A stretch of 64,000 bases of DNA from Calditrichales bacterium (GCA_965267575.1 OZ254086.1:4576001-4640000); one strand, 5' to 3'; positions 19,392 to 33,100 are shown, counted from the first letter of the stretch. Made by a program: numbers and translations. Notes: a model not told the origin generated them from the letters alone.

Positions 19392-21935
19392 TCACTTTAA
19401 AAGTAACATCTTTATGGTCTTTGCGCTGTTACCAAATATTATCCTTGCATAATATGTTCCCGAAGGCACCTCATTGCCAAAATCGTTTGTACCATTCCAC
19501 AAAACATGATGCCTTCCTTTTTCATATCTGCTTTCGCGGAATTGCCTAATCCGCTGTCCCAATCTATTGTAAATATCGATTTTGACAGCTCCCGGTTTCA
19601 ATAAAGCAAAACTAATTTTGGTATCCGGGTTAAAAGGATTTGGGTAATTAGCGAATACTTTAAAGTCATTGACGACAGCCTGTTTTTCATCTTCAACTGT
19701 CGTTACACCATAGTCGATTGCTTTGGTCTTATAGACTCCTCTGCCAAGTGTTGATATTCTTACTGTTCTGTCAACCGGATGATAATGGATATCGGAAACG
19801 TATGTTAAAGGCAATCCGTCGTTATATTCATTCCATTCCTTCCCGCCGTCGACGGAAACAAAAACACCCAAATCTGTCGCGAGATAAAGATGATCCGGCG
19901 AATAGGGACTAATAGCGATCGCATTTGTATTTATGTCCGGAAGATTGCTCGTAATATCAACCCAGGTTTCGCCATAATCGACAGATTTCTTAATATGATC
20001 GCTATTTGCAAAAGCACTATTCCGAACCGCATATAGTGTTCCTTCATGTGAAGGATCGCTCTCAAGATCCACAACCCGCCATGTCGGAATCGTATTATGA
20101 TTAATCTGATTCCAGTTTTCGCCCGCATTCTCCGAGCGCCAAATGCTCCAGTTATTGCCGGTATAGGAATGCGCGTAAATTATACTGCTGTTAACCTGAT
20201 CAATCGCCAATGTATGTACATTTGGTATCGCGGCAACACTTTTCCATAAAGAACCTCGATTTGTTGTTTTATAGATTTTTGAAACGCTGGCCGTATAAAG
20301 AACCTCTGGATTTTGTTCGTCTAATACGAGCGGCGCAAACTGTACACCACCTTCCGTGATTCCGGAATTAATCGATACTGTTGTAAACAGCCAATTAGCC
20401 CCACCAAACGCATTCTTGTAATGTGATCCGAAGAAAAAACTCCCATAAAAAACATCTTCGTTAGTCGGATCGACTATTACCTGTGTACCGTCATTTGTAG
20501 TCCAGCGATTCCAGGTAGTGTTACCGTTTGAATTGTCGAGAACCTGCAGGCCATGATCCTGAAAACCGCCAATTACAATATTTGTATCAGTTAAGGCGCT
20601 GGCAATTCGATAAACATGTGCCGTAACTAAATCATCGCTTTTTTTTAGCCAGGTTTTGCCGGAATTGTATGATTTCTGAATTCCACCGTCATTGAAAATG
20701 TAAACCGTTTCCGGTTCGAAAGGATCAAACCCAATATCCCATTGATCAACATAAACCAGCCCTGAATTATCATAGCCCGTACCGTTCGATAAATAATCAT
20801 GCCATGTCCAGCTTTTGCCCCCGTCATCCGAACGCCACATTTGAACACCACCAAGAAAAACGAGATCAGGATCGACAGGAGAAACTGCGCATTCATTTAC
20901 AAACCATCCGATGCATGAAGTACTATTCCCAGGCTGACAAGTTACATTGGGAGCATTTGTTATTTTGGTCCAGCTTTGGCCGCCATTTTCGGTTTTATAA
21001 AAACCTTCAAGGGCCCAAGAGTCGGAATTTGAAATAGAAGTGTATAAAACCTCAGGCATCGAATCGCAAATCGTGATATCCCCCAGCCCAATCACAGATC
21101 CTGAAGGTAACCCATTGGTCTGTTTCGCCCAGGATTCACCACCGTCTTCGGATTTATATATTCCATCCTGCCGAAACAAAGCGTAAATAACGTCAGGATC
21201 GTTCACATTGATTTCTATGTCGGCATTTCTGCCGCTTCTCTTCAGTGTCCAGTTTTGCCCACCATCTTCTGATTTCCAAAAACCGTTGCTGGCAGCCATA
21301 TAAACAATAGTCTCGTCCGAAGGATGCCAAATGATACTTGATACCGAAATAGATTGGCTGACATTATAAGAAAATGATGTCAACGACCATGTTAATCCCC
21401 TGTCCGCGGACCGCAAGACTCCTATACCCGGTTTTAAAGTAAATGTTTGAACTCGGTCTACACCCGTACCAACCAACATTTCATTTCGATTTTTTGGATT
21501 AATTGCCACTTCGGATATTTCAAGTGTCGGTATGTCGTCAGCTACCGGCAACCACGAATCCCCTCCATTGGTTGATTTCCAAAGTCCACCGTTTGCCGAA
21601 CCAGCCCAGATTATTTGATTATCCACCGGGTCTATTGCATGAGATATCATGCGCCCTGTCAGCGAATCCGTCGTGTTAGGTCCGATACTTCTCCAGTTTG
21701 CTACGGGCATGAAGCCTGTTTTGTTTAATGTTTGCTTACGCATGTTCTGGTAAGCTTCCCATCTTTTGCCTTCAGAATAGTTTCCATCCGCATCTTTACG
21801 CATTTCATAAAACCAGCGTAAGGCAGCTAATGGATCTTCTTCAATTTCATTAGTCTCAGCGAACAAAAACGCGCTTAAAGCGGCCATTAGCAAGAGGGCC
21901 GTATTAGCCATTCTATTTATTTTCATGATAAACAC
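19392..21935 (-). CDS. Secreted BNR/VPS10-like beta-propeller protein with C-terminal sorting domain
   Basis: WRSIGP, many S.D.G.[ST]W Asp-boxes; NYPNPFNP...KMLLLK. Start may be ATG 21926. Confidence 0.85.
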   Translation of the reverse strand: MFIMKINRMANTALLLMAALSAFLFAETNEIEEDPLAALRWFYEMRKDADGNYSEGKRWEAYQNMRKQTLNKTGFMPVANWRSIGPNTTDSLTGRMISHAIDPVDNQIIWAGSANGGLWKSTNGGDSWLPVADDIPTLEISEVAINPKNRNEMLVGTGVDRVQTFTLKPGIGVLRSADRGLTWSLTSFSYNVSQSISVSSIIWHPSDETIVYMAASNGFWKSEDGGQNWTLKRSGRNADIEINVNDPDVIYALFRQDGIYKSEDGGESWAKQTNGLPSGSVIGLGDITICDSMPEVLYTSISNSDSWALEGFYKTENGGQSWTKITNAPNVTCQPGNSTSCIGWFVNECAVSPVDPDLVFLGGVQMWRSDDGGKSWTWHDYLSNGTGYDNSGLVYVDQWDIGFDPFEPETVYIFNDGGIQKSYNSGKTWLKKSDDLVTAHVYRIASALTDTNIVIGGFQDHGLQVLDNSNGNTTWNRWTTNDGTQVIVDPTNEDVFYGSFFFGSHYKNAFGGANWLFTTVSINSGITEGGVQFAPLVLDEQNPEVLYTASVSKIYKTTNRGSLWKSVAAIPNVHTLAIDQVNSSIIYAHSYTGNNWSIWRSENAGENWNQINHNTIPTWRVVDLESDPSHEGTLYAVRNSAFANSDHIKKSVDYGETWVDITSNLPDINTNAIAISPYSPDHLYLATDLGVFVSVDGGKEWNEYNDGLPLTYVSDIHYHPVDRTVRISTLGRGVYKTKAIDYGVTTVEDEKQAVVNDFKVFANYPNPFNPDTKISFALLKPGAVKIDIYNRLGQRIRQFRESRYEKGRHHVLWNGTNDFGNEVPSGTYYARIIFGNSAKTIKMLLLK

Positions 21936-21941
21936 TCGTTT

Positions 21942-23753
21942 CTACTTTAAAAGTATCATTTTTTTCGACATTGCCTGGCTACCAATCGACAATCTGTATA
22001 AATACAGTCCGCTTCCTAAACGCGAACCATTGAACTGAACTTCATAATTCCCTGGTTGCAATCTTGACTTAATCAGCTCCCTAATCAGGCGACCGTTAAC
22101 ATCATAGACCACCAGCCGCACTTCAGATGTTTCGGTCAAGGTGCCCGAGGGAACTGTGAAACTTATTGTTGTACTTGGATTAAAAGGGTTGGGATTGTTT
22201 TGGTATAATTGGAAATTCGCCGCCAATCTGTTTTTGTATTCTAGAGAGGTCGGGCTTTCTCCCTCAACTGCGAGAAAAATCTGATTGACATTAATGTTTG
22301 TGTACAGATCTACCTTACCGGAAGACCACTCAAGGATTAATGAGTCTATCTGTTCGGCAGTTCCAAGCCCGAAATGAGCGCGTTGATGGTTTTGTGCTCT
22401 ATCACCCGTTGCACCACCGTGAATTTCACGCAACTGCCACACTGGGTTTCCTTTACTAATCTCTGCCTTAAGACGAATCTTCGTACCTATGCCCTGCCTG
22501 TTTGATTCAGTACCCTCACAGGTGACGTGAAGCCATTTATTTCTTGAACCGATTTCGTTCCTGAATAATGAGGCCTGTGAGCCGGGTACGTAAATATCCA
22601 GGTCGCCGTCATTATCATAATCTGCAACAGACGCCCCACTGGTAAAGCCCCAGGCAGAAAGAATATCACCGGCCTGCGATTGCTTTATCTTGGTGAAGGA
22701 AGCATTCCCATCATTATGATAGAGAGTATTTGCTTCTCCTTGTGAGTTTGCCACAAAACAATCGAGATAACCGTCATTATCATAGTCCAACCAGCTATAC
22801 GCAAGCGTCCACGTACGCTCAACAATTGGTTCACCGGAAATTTTTTTAAACTGAAAATTTCCTTTATTCTTAAAAAGCAGATTGGGGTTACCAATCCAGG
22901 TTCCAACAAAAACGTCTATATCGCCGTCATTGTCATAATCCCCAAAACTAGGTGCAAGGTCATAATCACGATCAGTCACAATTGGCTGTTGTGTGATTTT
23001 AGTAAAAGCAGTAGAACCCGTCTCCTGTAATTCATTTTTATATAATTCATTATTTTTGCCCTGATAGTTTACCACCAGCAAATCCTGATCGCCGTCATTG
23101 TCGAAATCGGTCCAGCCTCCTGCGGCGCTAAATTCACCCGGATTCAAGAATGTCAGACCGGTAATCTCGCTGAATGTCCCGTCACCATTGTTTTTAAAGA
23201 ACAGATCTTTGTCACCCTGATCGCCGGGTATAAACATATCAATATGGCCATCGTTGTCATAATCTACCCACGAGCTTGTCCAGGTCATATTGCTGTCTGC
23301 ATCAAGGCCGTTGTTTGTGACAAGAACAAATGCATAACCCGGAGGTCCGGTATTTCGATAAAGGTAATTGATTTGTGGCTTTAGAGGTTCACCCGGCTGT
23401 ATTGGTGTACCAGGCCCAAGGTTGCTTACATATAAGTCTAAATTCCCGTCGTTGTCATAGTCACCAAAAACCATGCTATTTTGATAAAACTGGCTTGTAA
23501 CCACATGTCCCGAGGTGACCCGCGTAAATGTGCCATTGCCATTGTTTATATGAATGGAAATTTGATTGCCGCTTATCTTGGCAAGATCCGGATAACCGTC
23601 ATTATTGACATCTCCCCACGAGCTTGCAATACCACCGGTCGAAGAATTTAGCGAACCTGTATTTGCGGCTTTAGTAAAAAACGGCTGTGAAAAAAGAGAT
23701 TCGCCGCTAACGATTAACATTAAAGTCATCATAAATAAAACTTTAAAAAACAT
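21942..23753 (-). CDS. FG-GAP/CRTAC1-like protein with ASPIC/UnbV domain and C-terminal sorting domain
   Basis: Repeated W.DYDNDG..D; SNRQGIGTKI..AHFGLG...I.SL..EWSSG; NNPNPFNP...KMILLK. Confidence 0.88.
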   Translation of the reverse strand: MFFKVLFMMTLMLIVSGESLFSQPFFTKAANTGSLNSSTGGIASSWGDVNNDGYPDLAKISGNQISIHINNGNGTFTRVTSGHVVTSQFYQNSMVFGDYDNDGNLDLYVSNLGPGTPIQPGEPLKPQINYLYRNTGPPGYAFVLVTNNGLDADSNMTWTSSWVDYDNDGHIDMFIPGDQGDKDLFFKNNGDGTFSEITGLTFLNPGEFSAAGGWTDFDNDGDQDLLVVNYQGKNNELYKNELQETGSTAFTKITQQPIVTDRDYDLAPSFGDYDNDGDIDVFVGTWIGNPNLLFKNKGNFQFKKISGEPIVERTWTLAYSWLDYDNDGYLDCFVANSQGEANTLYHNDGNASFTKIKQSQAGDILSAWGFTSGASVADYDNDGDLDIYVPGSQASLFRNEIGSRNKWLHVTCEGTESNRQGIGTKIRLKAEISKGNPVWQLREIHGGATGDRAQNHQRAHFGLGTAEQIDSLILEWSSGKVDLYTNINVNQIFLAVEGESPTSLEYKNRLAANFQLYQNNPNPFNPSTTISFTVPSGTLTETSEVRLVVYDVNGRLIRELIKSRLQPGNYEVQFNGSRLGSGLYLYRLSIGSQAMSKKMILLK

Positions 23754-23822
23754 TAAAATACTTTCTTTTAAGCTGGTCTACTTTGGTTTATAAGAATTTA
23801 GGTGTGGAAGAGCGGATATCAA

Positions 23823-23838
23823 CCGTACACATATATGG
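23823..23838. promoter_or_regulatory. Candidate response-regulator operator (imperfect palindrome)
   Basis: CCGTACAC-ATATATGG, ~70 bp upstream of ATG 23753; related to 14768-14783. Confidence 0.5.
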
Positions 23839-24127
23839 TTTCACCCGGCTCATATTTTCACTCTTCAGAATATTTTCCGTCATGCCACCAGGCGATATAC
23901 GCTGTATTTTTACAGGATAAACTCCGGATATTTAAGTGTTCATTCTAAAGGCGACGTAAAACTGTATTTTGATGCATTGTCTATTTTAGAATCATAAAAC
24001 TTTTAATTGTTTTCCACATTAAAAATAAAACTATTTTTAACGCAAAAAGGCTAAAACTTTAGGCGGCTCGCAATGTAAAACGTCGCCGTTGCTATAGACC
24101 AATTTGCTAAGATCGATTTCAAACAAC

Positions 24128-24156
24128 AAAAAAAGCCCGTCAATAATGACGGGCTT
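24128..24156 (-). terminator. Intrinsic terminator of the giant-protein gene
   Basis: AAGCCCGTCA-ttat-TGACGGGCTT followed by a T-run on the minus strand, just after stop 24174. Confidence 0.88.
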
Positions 24157-24173
24157 ATTAAGCGATTAGACTT

Positions 24174-27100
24174 TTACTTCAAAAGCAGCATGCGTTTTAT
24201 CTGCGTAAAGCCTCCGCTCCGGAAGACGTAGACATAGATACCGCTGGACAAACTTCGGGCATCAAAGACAACCCGGTTTTTCCCGGCGCGCTGCGGCCCG
24301 TCCACCAGTGTGGCCACTTTTTGACCGAGGATGTTGTAGATCACCAGCGACACGTGTGCGCTTTGCGGCAGGTCGTAGCGGATGGTCGTAGTCGGGTTAA
24401 AGGGATTGGGATAGTTCGGATACAAGGCCAGTTTATCCGGCACGCCAAAGCCCCATTGTACAAACTTGCCGTTCTTGTAGAGAATATCCCCTGCCGGTAC
24501 GATGCCGGCGCCAATGGAACGCTGCAGGTTGATGTCTTCAGCGAGGTCCTTGGCCATTTCGTCGTTGGAAGTGTCGCTATCCTCCAGCAGGTTGGAGACA
24601 TGGGTCAATACATCACCGACGGTGCGTTCATCTTCCGTGGCAACCATGTGCTGGCCAATCTTCTCCGAGGAGAGATTCATAACGAAGGCTGCCAATTGGG
24701 CCAGCGCCCTTTCGCGCATGCTGGGATTCTTTTTCAGCGTCAGCACATCCTGCCACTGGGCGAAAGTGGTAAAGCCATTAAAGAAATCATAGTGAACGGT
24801 ATAATGTTCATGGATTTCGTCAATGTACAGGTAAAGGTCGTTTTCGTTTTCCTGGGCCTTGCCCTTGCCTTTTTCGTACACGTCAAACTGGTGCTTCCAG
24901 TAACCCTTGCTGCGTGCTTCGTTGGAGACTACCAGCTCAGTGAGTGCGAAATCAACGATGTTGCAGCCGCCGGATTCAAGCACGGTCTCTTTTGGATTCA
25001 GGTCAACGCCGTAGCCCATCGGCTCCACGATCATCACGCGGTAGCTGTCCGGAACGACCTCCTCGAACAGGTATTGACCCTGAGCGTCCGTTTCCTTGTC
25101 GGCTACGTCGCCAATGGGCAAGCCTTGCTGATCCAGCAGCTTGACGATTACGCCGGCCAGACCCTGCCCGTTAACACTGACGGTCCCTGCAATCTTTCCG
25201 GGCGCCTCGTAGCCGCAGCCTTCCACTTTCAAGCTGTCCAAGTAGCAGGAGGAGTTGTGCGAAAAGGCCACGTGCGAAACGATTCTGCCCGAGTACTTGG
25301 GCTCAAAATTCAGGCTGACTACCAGACTGTCTCCCGGCTGCAATGTGGCGTTCTCCGGGGACACGGTATAGGAGTCGGCATCGATATACAGATCATCCAG
25401 TTGCAGCACACCGGTGCCATTGTTGTAAACCGTCACGTTTTGGGTAAACACATCGTTTACGGCCACGGAATCGAACGTGCTGCTGAATGACGCCAGGGAA
25501 AATACCGGCACATCAGACAATACGCTGTTTTCAAACCGCAGCGCCTCGCCCAGTTCGCCCACGGAGAATCCATCGGCCAAAGGAATATCTATGCCGCTCA
25601 GGTCCACATCGATGTCTGGCGATACTTCATGCCAGGTTTCACCGCAGTCGGTTGTTTCCAGAACGATGCCGTCTTCACCGACGCAATAAGCCACCTTGCC
25701 GCTGACGACTTTGCAACCGTAAAGGTCAAGATCGGTGCCGCTGGGACGAGGCTCCCAGGTTTTACCGCCGTCGCGGGTGCGGCACAGGGTGCCATCGGCG
25801 CCTACGGCAAAGCCGAATTTCTCGTTGACAAAAGCAACGCCATAAAAATCGATATTTGTGTTGCTGGTTTGCGGCACCCAGGCCGTTCCGTTCCAACGGC
25901 AAATGGTACCGTTGGCGCCCACGGCATAGGCGGTGCTGCCAATGGCGAAAACACCGTAAAAGGTAACTGACGTGTTGGTGGGTTGCGCGCTCCAGGAGGT
26001 GCCATCGTAAACACAGATGGTACCGTTGCTGCCTACGGCATAGCCAAAGCTGGCCGACAGAAAATAGCTGTCAAAGAAATGAGCCGTGGTATTGAGTGTG
26101 AAGGGTACCCAGCTCACCCCGTTGTCATACGACGCGCAGATAAGCCCGTCGTAACCGGTAATAAAGGCAGTGTTGTTGCCCACGAGGCGGATACCGGTAA
26201 GGTTGGTGGTGGTGCCTGTCTGTGAAGGGGTCCAATTGCTTCCGCCATCACTCGTGATGAAAACGTTGCCGCCCCAGCCGGCGATGCAGCCGTTTTGCGC
26301 GTCAATAAAGGAAACGCCATAGAGGTGCTGGCGCGAACCCGGATAAAGCCGCGTATACCCTGTCGCCAGCGATCCGCAGGCCGGTGTATTAAAGCTATAG
26401 GCCAGTCCGTCCTGCCCGACGATAAAGCCCAGGCAGCCACGGAAATCTATACCTGCCAGCCGGCCGCCAATACCAAGGGAGATCTGCACCCACGTATTAC
26501 CGCCATCACTGGTTTCCAGCACGATGCCGTTGGCACAGGTGGCCCAGGCGCGGTCACGGCTAAACAAGCGTATGGCCGTAATGTCCAGCGAAACACCGCT
26601 GCTTAAGCCAACCCAGGTCGCGCCGCCGTCGGAGGTCCGGCAAAGCAAACCATCGTTGCCGACGGCAAAGCCATAATCATGATCCCAAAATACGACGGCA
26701 TTAAAGTCGAGGGTAGTCGCGGTGTTTTGCTGCACCCAGGCAGAACCGTTCCAGCGGCAGATGACACCGTTGGCGCCCACCGCGTAAGCGGTTGAACCCA
26801 CCGCATAAACCGAGTGAAAATCCACCGAAACGGACGTGCTCTGGGCCGTCCAGCTTGTACCATCCCAGTGATAAATAACACCGCTACTCCCCACGGCAAA
26901 ACCGTAGAAAGGATTGATAAACGTTATATCATAGAAGGTGGCGCTTGTGGAAACATTGACAGCCACCCAACTAACACCTTCATCATCGGAATAGCATACC
27001 AGACCGTTGCTGCCCACAATCCAAAGACGGTTGCCAATTATGCGGATAGCATGGATGGTTTCACCGGTACCCAGGACAGACTGGGCCCAGCTGGCGCCGC

Positions 27101-30100
27101 CATCACGAGTGAAATAAAGCGTACCATTAGCGCCGGCCACGTAGCCGATTTGGGCGTTTAGCCATACCGTGGCATGGAGGAATTCCGTTGTGCCAATGTT
27201 GACGGCCGTAAAGGTGAGATCGGTTTCAACGCCTGTACCGTTCACTGGCACTACACACGGTGAGCCGGCCGCGTTGTGGCTGAATTCAATATCGGTGCTG
27301 TAACTGCCACCGGCAGCCGGACTGAAGGTGACGTTAAAAACAGCGTTGCCCGAAGGCGCAATCGAAGCCGTGGCCGGAGATACGTTAAAGGCACTGTTGC
27401 CCGATTGCACGGCACTGATTTCCAGAATGCCATCGCCGTTGTTGGTTACGTTGAGCGAACGCGTGTTGGAATAACCGACCGCGGTATTGGCGAAATCGAT
27501 ACTGGCCGGATTAACGGAAAATACCGGTGTACCCTGTAGCGCGCTGCTTTCAAAACGATAAGCCACGCCGCCGCCGCCAACAAAGTAGCCCTGCAAACCG
27601 CTTAGCGTAATGCCGTAGAAATTGGCGTTGATGCCCAGGTCGATTACTTCCCAGGTGTTGCCACCATCGTTGGTTTGCAGCAACAGACCGCCGTCTCCCA
27701 CGGCCCAGGCGTTGTTTGCATCACCAATGATAATATTACGAATAATGACCGAGACGCCGCTGTTAAGCGCCACCCAGTTGGCCCCGCCATCATTGGTGCG
27801 GTAGATAGTGCCGTTGGCACCCACGGCGTAACCAAAAGAGCTGTTAAGAAAGTAGACGCCGTATAAATCAACATTTATGCTGACACTGAGTTGCAGCCAT
27901 GTGCTGCCATTCCAATTGTAAATGACACCACCCGTGCCCACAGCGTAAGCGACGTTGTCGCCGGCCCAAATGCTGTGGAAGGTAACACCGCTGATATTCA
28001 GTTGCTGGACCCAGCTTGTCCCATTCCAGTAGTAGATGAGTCCGTCGCTGCCGCAGGCCCAGCCAAAGCCACCGCTGAAGGTAATGGCATGGAACGTGGT
28101 GTTGCCGCCGGGGCTGGCGTAGTTCCAGGAAAGGCCGCCGTCAATAGAGTAGCAGATATGGCCGTTGGCGCCGGTTACCCAGACCGTGTCGTTTACAACG
28201 GTAACACTGTAAAGATCATCACCGGAAGCGACACTGTAATCGGTCCAGCTTTGCCCGCCATCGTCAGTGTAAAGGACCAACCCCCCGTCTCCCACTACGT
28301 AACCTATGTTTTCACTTACGAACCAGGTACCGCGGATGTTGACGGTGACGCCTGTGACCAACCCGCTGTAGTCAAAATTCTGCGGTGTGAAGTTGGCCGA
28401 GATGGTGTGGTTTTGCGTGACATTCGTAAAGGCATAGGAGGAAATCGCCCCTTGTGAAACACCATCCACAAAAACGTCGCCAATATTATAATCGACATCA
28501 GCGCTTATATTGAAAGTCTGGTCGTCACCTTCATTCACGGTAACAGTTCCCGATGGCGAGATGGAGCCGTTGGCCACGGCGACGGCATTGATGGAGTAGG
28601 TGTTTAAGGCAAACGATGCCGAAATGGTGTGATCGTCATCCACCGTATTGAAGGTATATTGCGTGGCCGGACCTACGGAGACCCCATCCACCAACACATC
28701 GTCCACGTGGTAGCCGGCATCGGGAGTAATATCAAAGGTTTGGCTTTCACCGCCCAACACGGTGATGCTGCCCAGCGGATCAATCGAACCGTTGGCCCCG
28801 GCCGAAGAGGTAATCGTATAGCTGTTTTGCGAAAACGTGGCCGACAGCGTATGACTTGTGGTGACGTTGCTGAACGTGTACTGCGCCACGGCACCGACAG
28901 AAACACCGTCCACTAGTACATCATCTATGCTGTAGCCGGGGTTGGCGCCAATGGTGACAGTGAAGTCACTGCCCTGGTTAACGGTATTCTGCCCCAGCGG
29001 ACTCACCGTACCGCCGGGATTTGTCGAGGTGGTAATGGTATGGGTAATCGCGCTGAAAGAGGCCGAAATCGAATGATTGGTGGTAACATTAGTGAATTCA
29101 TAATTGCTGACGGCCCCGACCGAACTGCCGTCCACAACCACGTCATTGATTTCATAATTGCTGTTCGGCGTAATCGAAAAAGACTGGTCGTCACCGTGGG
29201 TCACAGCGACGTTCCCGTCCGGCGTAATAGAACCATTTGCACCCGCCGCCGCGCTAATGGTGTAAGTGTTGAGTTCAAAGCTGGCTTCAATAGTGTGGTT
29301 GGCAATCACGCTGCTGAACACATAGCTGGTCACCGGGCCGACAGAGCTGCCATCGACAAGCACATCCAGGACATGATAGCCGGTGGCCGGTGTAATCGTA
29401 AAGGTTTGGTCAGTGCCGCCGGTAACGGAAACATTGCCCGACGGCGAGATGCTGCCGTTGGGACCTGCCGTGGCCGTAATCGTGTATGTCTGCACAGCAA
29501 AGCTGGCTTCAATAGTGTGATCGGCCGTGACGTTATTGAACGTATAACTGGTTACCGCACCCACAGACGCGGCGTCCACCAGGACGTCATCCACCTGGTA
29601 GCCGCTATTGGGTGTAATGGCAAAGGTTTGATTCTGGCCCTGGTCCACTTCAATGATGCCTGACGGCGAAATGCTGCCATTGGCTCCGGCCGTAGCGGTG
29701 ATTTCGTAGACCGGTGTGGCAGGCGGGTTGCCGGCCACCAGCGTCAAGTGGTCCGAAAAATATTTTGGATTAAGGTACAGCCCGTTTCCAATCTCACGCC
29801 CGGTGATGGTTTCGAATGTATCCGTGCGCGTGCCGTAATAAAGCACCTGGAAGCTGTCACCAAAAGCCGGTTGATAGCCATTGAGCAGGTTGATATTCAA
29901 AGTCCCGTCCAGATCGGCGTTGGCAGAAATATTAAGCTGGTCAAAATCGCTGCCCGCCGTTAACCCTTCAATATCTACGGTAAACGCGCCGGATGTAGGC
30001 TGCAGAAAATTTCCGCTCAGATTTAGAATGCCTTTATCGTCAATCTTTCCGGGGTATAAATTACCCTCGTTTTCGAAAACGGCGTTGCTTACGGTCAGGT

Positions 30101-33100
30101 TGTTTCCATTGTGCGTTTCGATCGTTCCGGAGGCCAGGTTGCGCATGACCGAACCCTGGAAAGTGGTCCGGAAATTCATGGTAAGCTGACCGGCGTTTTC
30201 AAAATCGGCATTGATGTAGCGATAGCCATAGCTGCCATCGGAAATCATCACGCCATTCGTTGCATTAAGCAGCGTGCCATTAGTAACGGACAGGTACGTG
30301 CTGTAGGAATGACTGGCATAGCCGCTGGACATCTCGATCTGCCCGTTGTTGGTGAAGCCGTTGTCAAAGGTAATCTGCGCCTGACGGCTGGTGTTTACAG
30401 CTATCTCCAAGGCCGAACCTGCCTGCGTTGTAAAGGCACCGGTCATGCTGTTGCTCTGACGGTGCACACGGATCAGGTCGGCATTATCCAGCGCCGCGCT
30501 GATGGTGTTGTTCTCATACAATACCAGCGTGTCCTGGTTGGTCAGTTGCTGCGTGGAAGCCAGCTCGGAGCCGCTGAAGGTCATCTCGATTTCCGGCAGA
30601 ACCGGCTGGTTGAAGGTGGCCACGGTGGAGCTAAAATCGATACGCCCTTCCCCGCTGATGCTGCCGCCGTCATAGCTGAAATTGCTGTCGTCCAGGATCA
30701 GCACACGGTTGGCAGCAATGCTGATAGTGCCGCTGGTCGCATGCGTGTTGGAAGCACCTTGCAGATGCAGCGTATAATCTACGTTTATAGCGCCCTGGTT
30801 GTCTGTGCTGGCGTTAAGGAAACGATTGCCGTAGCCTCCCAGCGAGGTGATGCTGCCGCCGGACGCGTTGGTCAGTAGACCGCTATTAACTGTCAGGTAG
30901 GTGCTATAGGAATGGCTGGCATAGCTGCTGGACATCTCGATCTGCCCGTTGTTGACAAAGCCGTTGTCAAAGGTGATCTGCGCCTGGCGGGTGGTCACCA
31001 CGTTAATATCAAGTAAAGAACCGCTTTGCGTGGTGAGCTGCCCTGTCATACTGTTGTTGTTGCGCTGTACATCGATGGTGCCATAGTTGTCAATGTCGGC
31101 GGAGATCGTATTGCCGGCATAAAGACGCACGGTGCCGTTGCTGGTAAGCGTCGCCGGCGCGGCCAGTTCCGAATCCATGAAGGTCATCAGCACATCAGGG
31201 AGAACCGCCACATTGAAGGTAGCCGTCGAGGCATCAAAATCGATGCGACCTGGTCCGTTGACCGTGCCGCCGTTGTAGGCAAACGAGGTGCTTTCCACGA
31301 TCAGTGCCCGTCCCGACGCAATGTCGATTGTGCCCGTATTTACATGTGTCGCCGCCGCACCCTGTAGATGCAACGTATAATCAACATCCAGCAGGCCCTG
31401 GTTGTCCAGTTCCCCGTTGAGATAGCGCTGGCCGTAGCCGCCCAACACCGTGATGCTGCCGCCGGAAGCGTTGGTAAGCGTGCCGTTAGTGACGGTCAGG
31501 TAACTGTGGTAGGAGTTGCTGGCATAGCCGCTGGACATCTCGATCTGCCCGTTGTTGACAAAGCCGTTGTCAAAGGTGATCTGCGCCTGGCGGGTGGTCA
31601 CCACGTTAATATCAAGTAAAGAACCGCTTTGCGTGGTGAGCTGCCCTGTCATACTGTTGTTGTTGCGCTGTACATCGATGGTGCCATAGTTGTCAATGTC
31701 GGCGGAGATCGTATTGCCGGCATAAAGACGCACGGTGCCGTTGCTGGTAAGCGTCGCCGGCGCGGCCAGTTCCGAATCCATGAAGGTCATCAACACATCA
31801 GGGAGAACCGCCACATTAAAGGTAGCCGTCGAGGCGTCAAAATCGATGCGACCTGGTCCGCTGACCGTGCCGCCGTTGTAGGCAAACGAGGTGCTTTCCA
31901 CGATCAGTGCCCGTCCCGACGCAATGTCGATTGTGCCCGTATTTACATGTGTCGCCGCCGCACCCTGTAGATGCAACGTATAATCAACATCCAGCAGGCC
32001 CTGGTTGTCCAGTTCACCGTTGAGATAGCGCTGGCCGTAGCCGCCCAACACCGTGATGCTGCCGCCAGCCGCGTTGGTAAGCGTGCCGTTAGTGACGGTC
32101 AGGTAACTGTGGTAGGAGTTGCTGGCATAGCCGCTGGACATCTCGATCTGCCCGTTGTTGACAAAGCCGTTGTCAAAGGTGATCTGCGCCTGGCGGGTGG
32201 TCACCACGTTAATATCAAGTAAAGAACCGCTTTGCGTGGTCAGCTGCCCTGTCATGCTGTTGTTGTTACGCTGTACATCGATGGTGCCATAGTTGTCGAT
32301 GTCGGCGGAGATCGTATTGCCGGCATAAAGACGTACGGTGCCATTGTTGGTAAGCGTGGCCGCCGCGGCCAGCTCCGAATCCATGAAGGTCATCAGCACG
32401 TCGGGAAGAACCGCCACATTGAAGGTAGCCGTCGATGCGTCAAAATCGATGCGGCCATCACCGATAACACTGCCGCCGTCAAATTGCCATGAGGTATTCT
32501 CCACGCTCAGCGCCTGTCCCGATGCGATGTCGATTGTGCCCGTGTTGCTGTGTGTGGCCACAGAGCCCTGCAGACGCAGTGTGTAATCAATATTCAGCAA
32601 GCCCTGGTTGTCCAGTTCCCCGTTGAGATAGCGCTGGCCGTAGCCGCCCAACACCGTGATGCTGCCGCCGCCTGCGTTGCTCAGCGTACCGCTGTTGACG
32701 GTCAGATAGCTGTGGTAGGAGTTACTGGCGTAGCTGCTGGACATCTCGATCTGCCCGTTGTTAACAAAACCGTTGTCAAAGGTGATCTGCGCCTGGCGGG
32801 TTGTTACCACGTTAACATCCAGCAGCGAACCGGCCTGTGTCGTCAGCTGGCCCGTCATGCTGTTGTTGTTGCGTTGCACATCGATGGTGCCATAATTGTC
32901 GATGCTCGCAGAGATGGTATTTCCCGCATAAAGACGAAGCGTACCGTTGCTGGTAAGCGTCGCCGGTGCGGCCAGTTCCGAATCCATGAAGGTCATCAAC
33001 ACATCAGGGAGAACCGCCACATTGAAGGTAGCCGTCGAGGCATCAAAATCGATGCGACCTGGTCCGTTGACCGTGCCGCCGTTGTAGGCAAACGAGGTGC

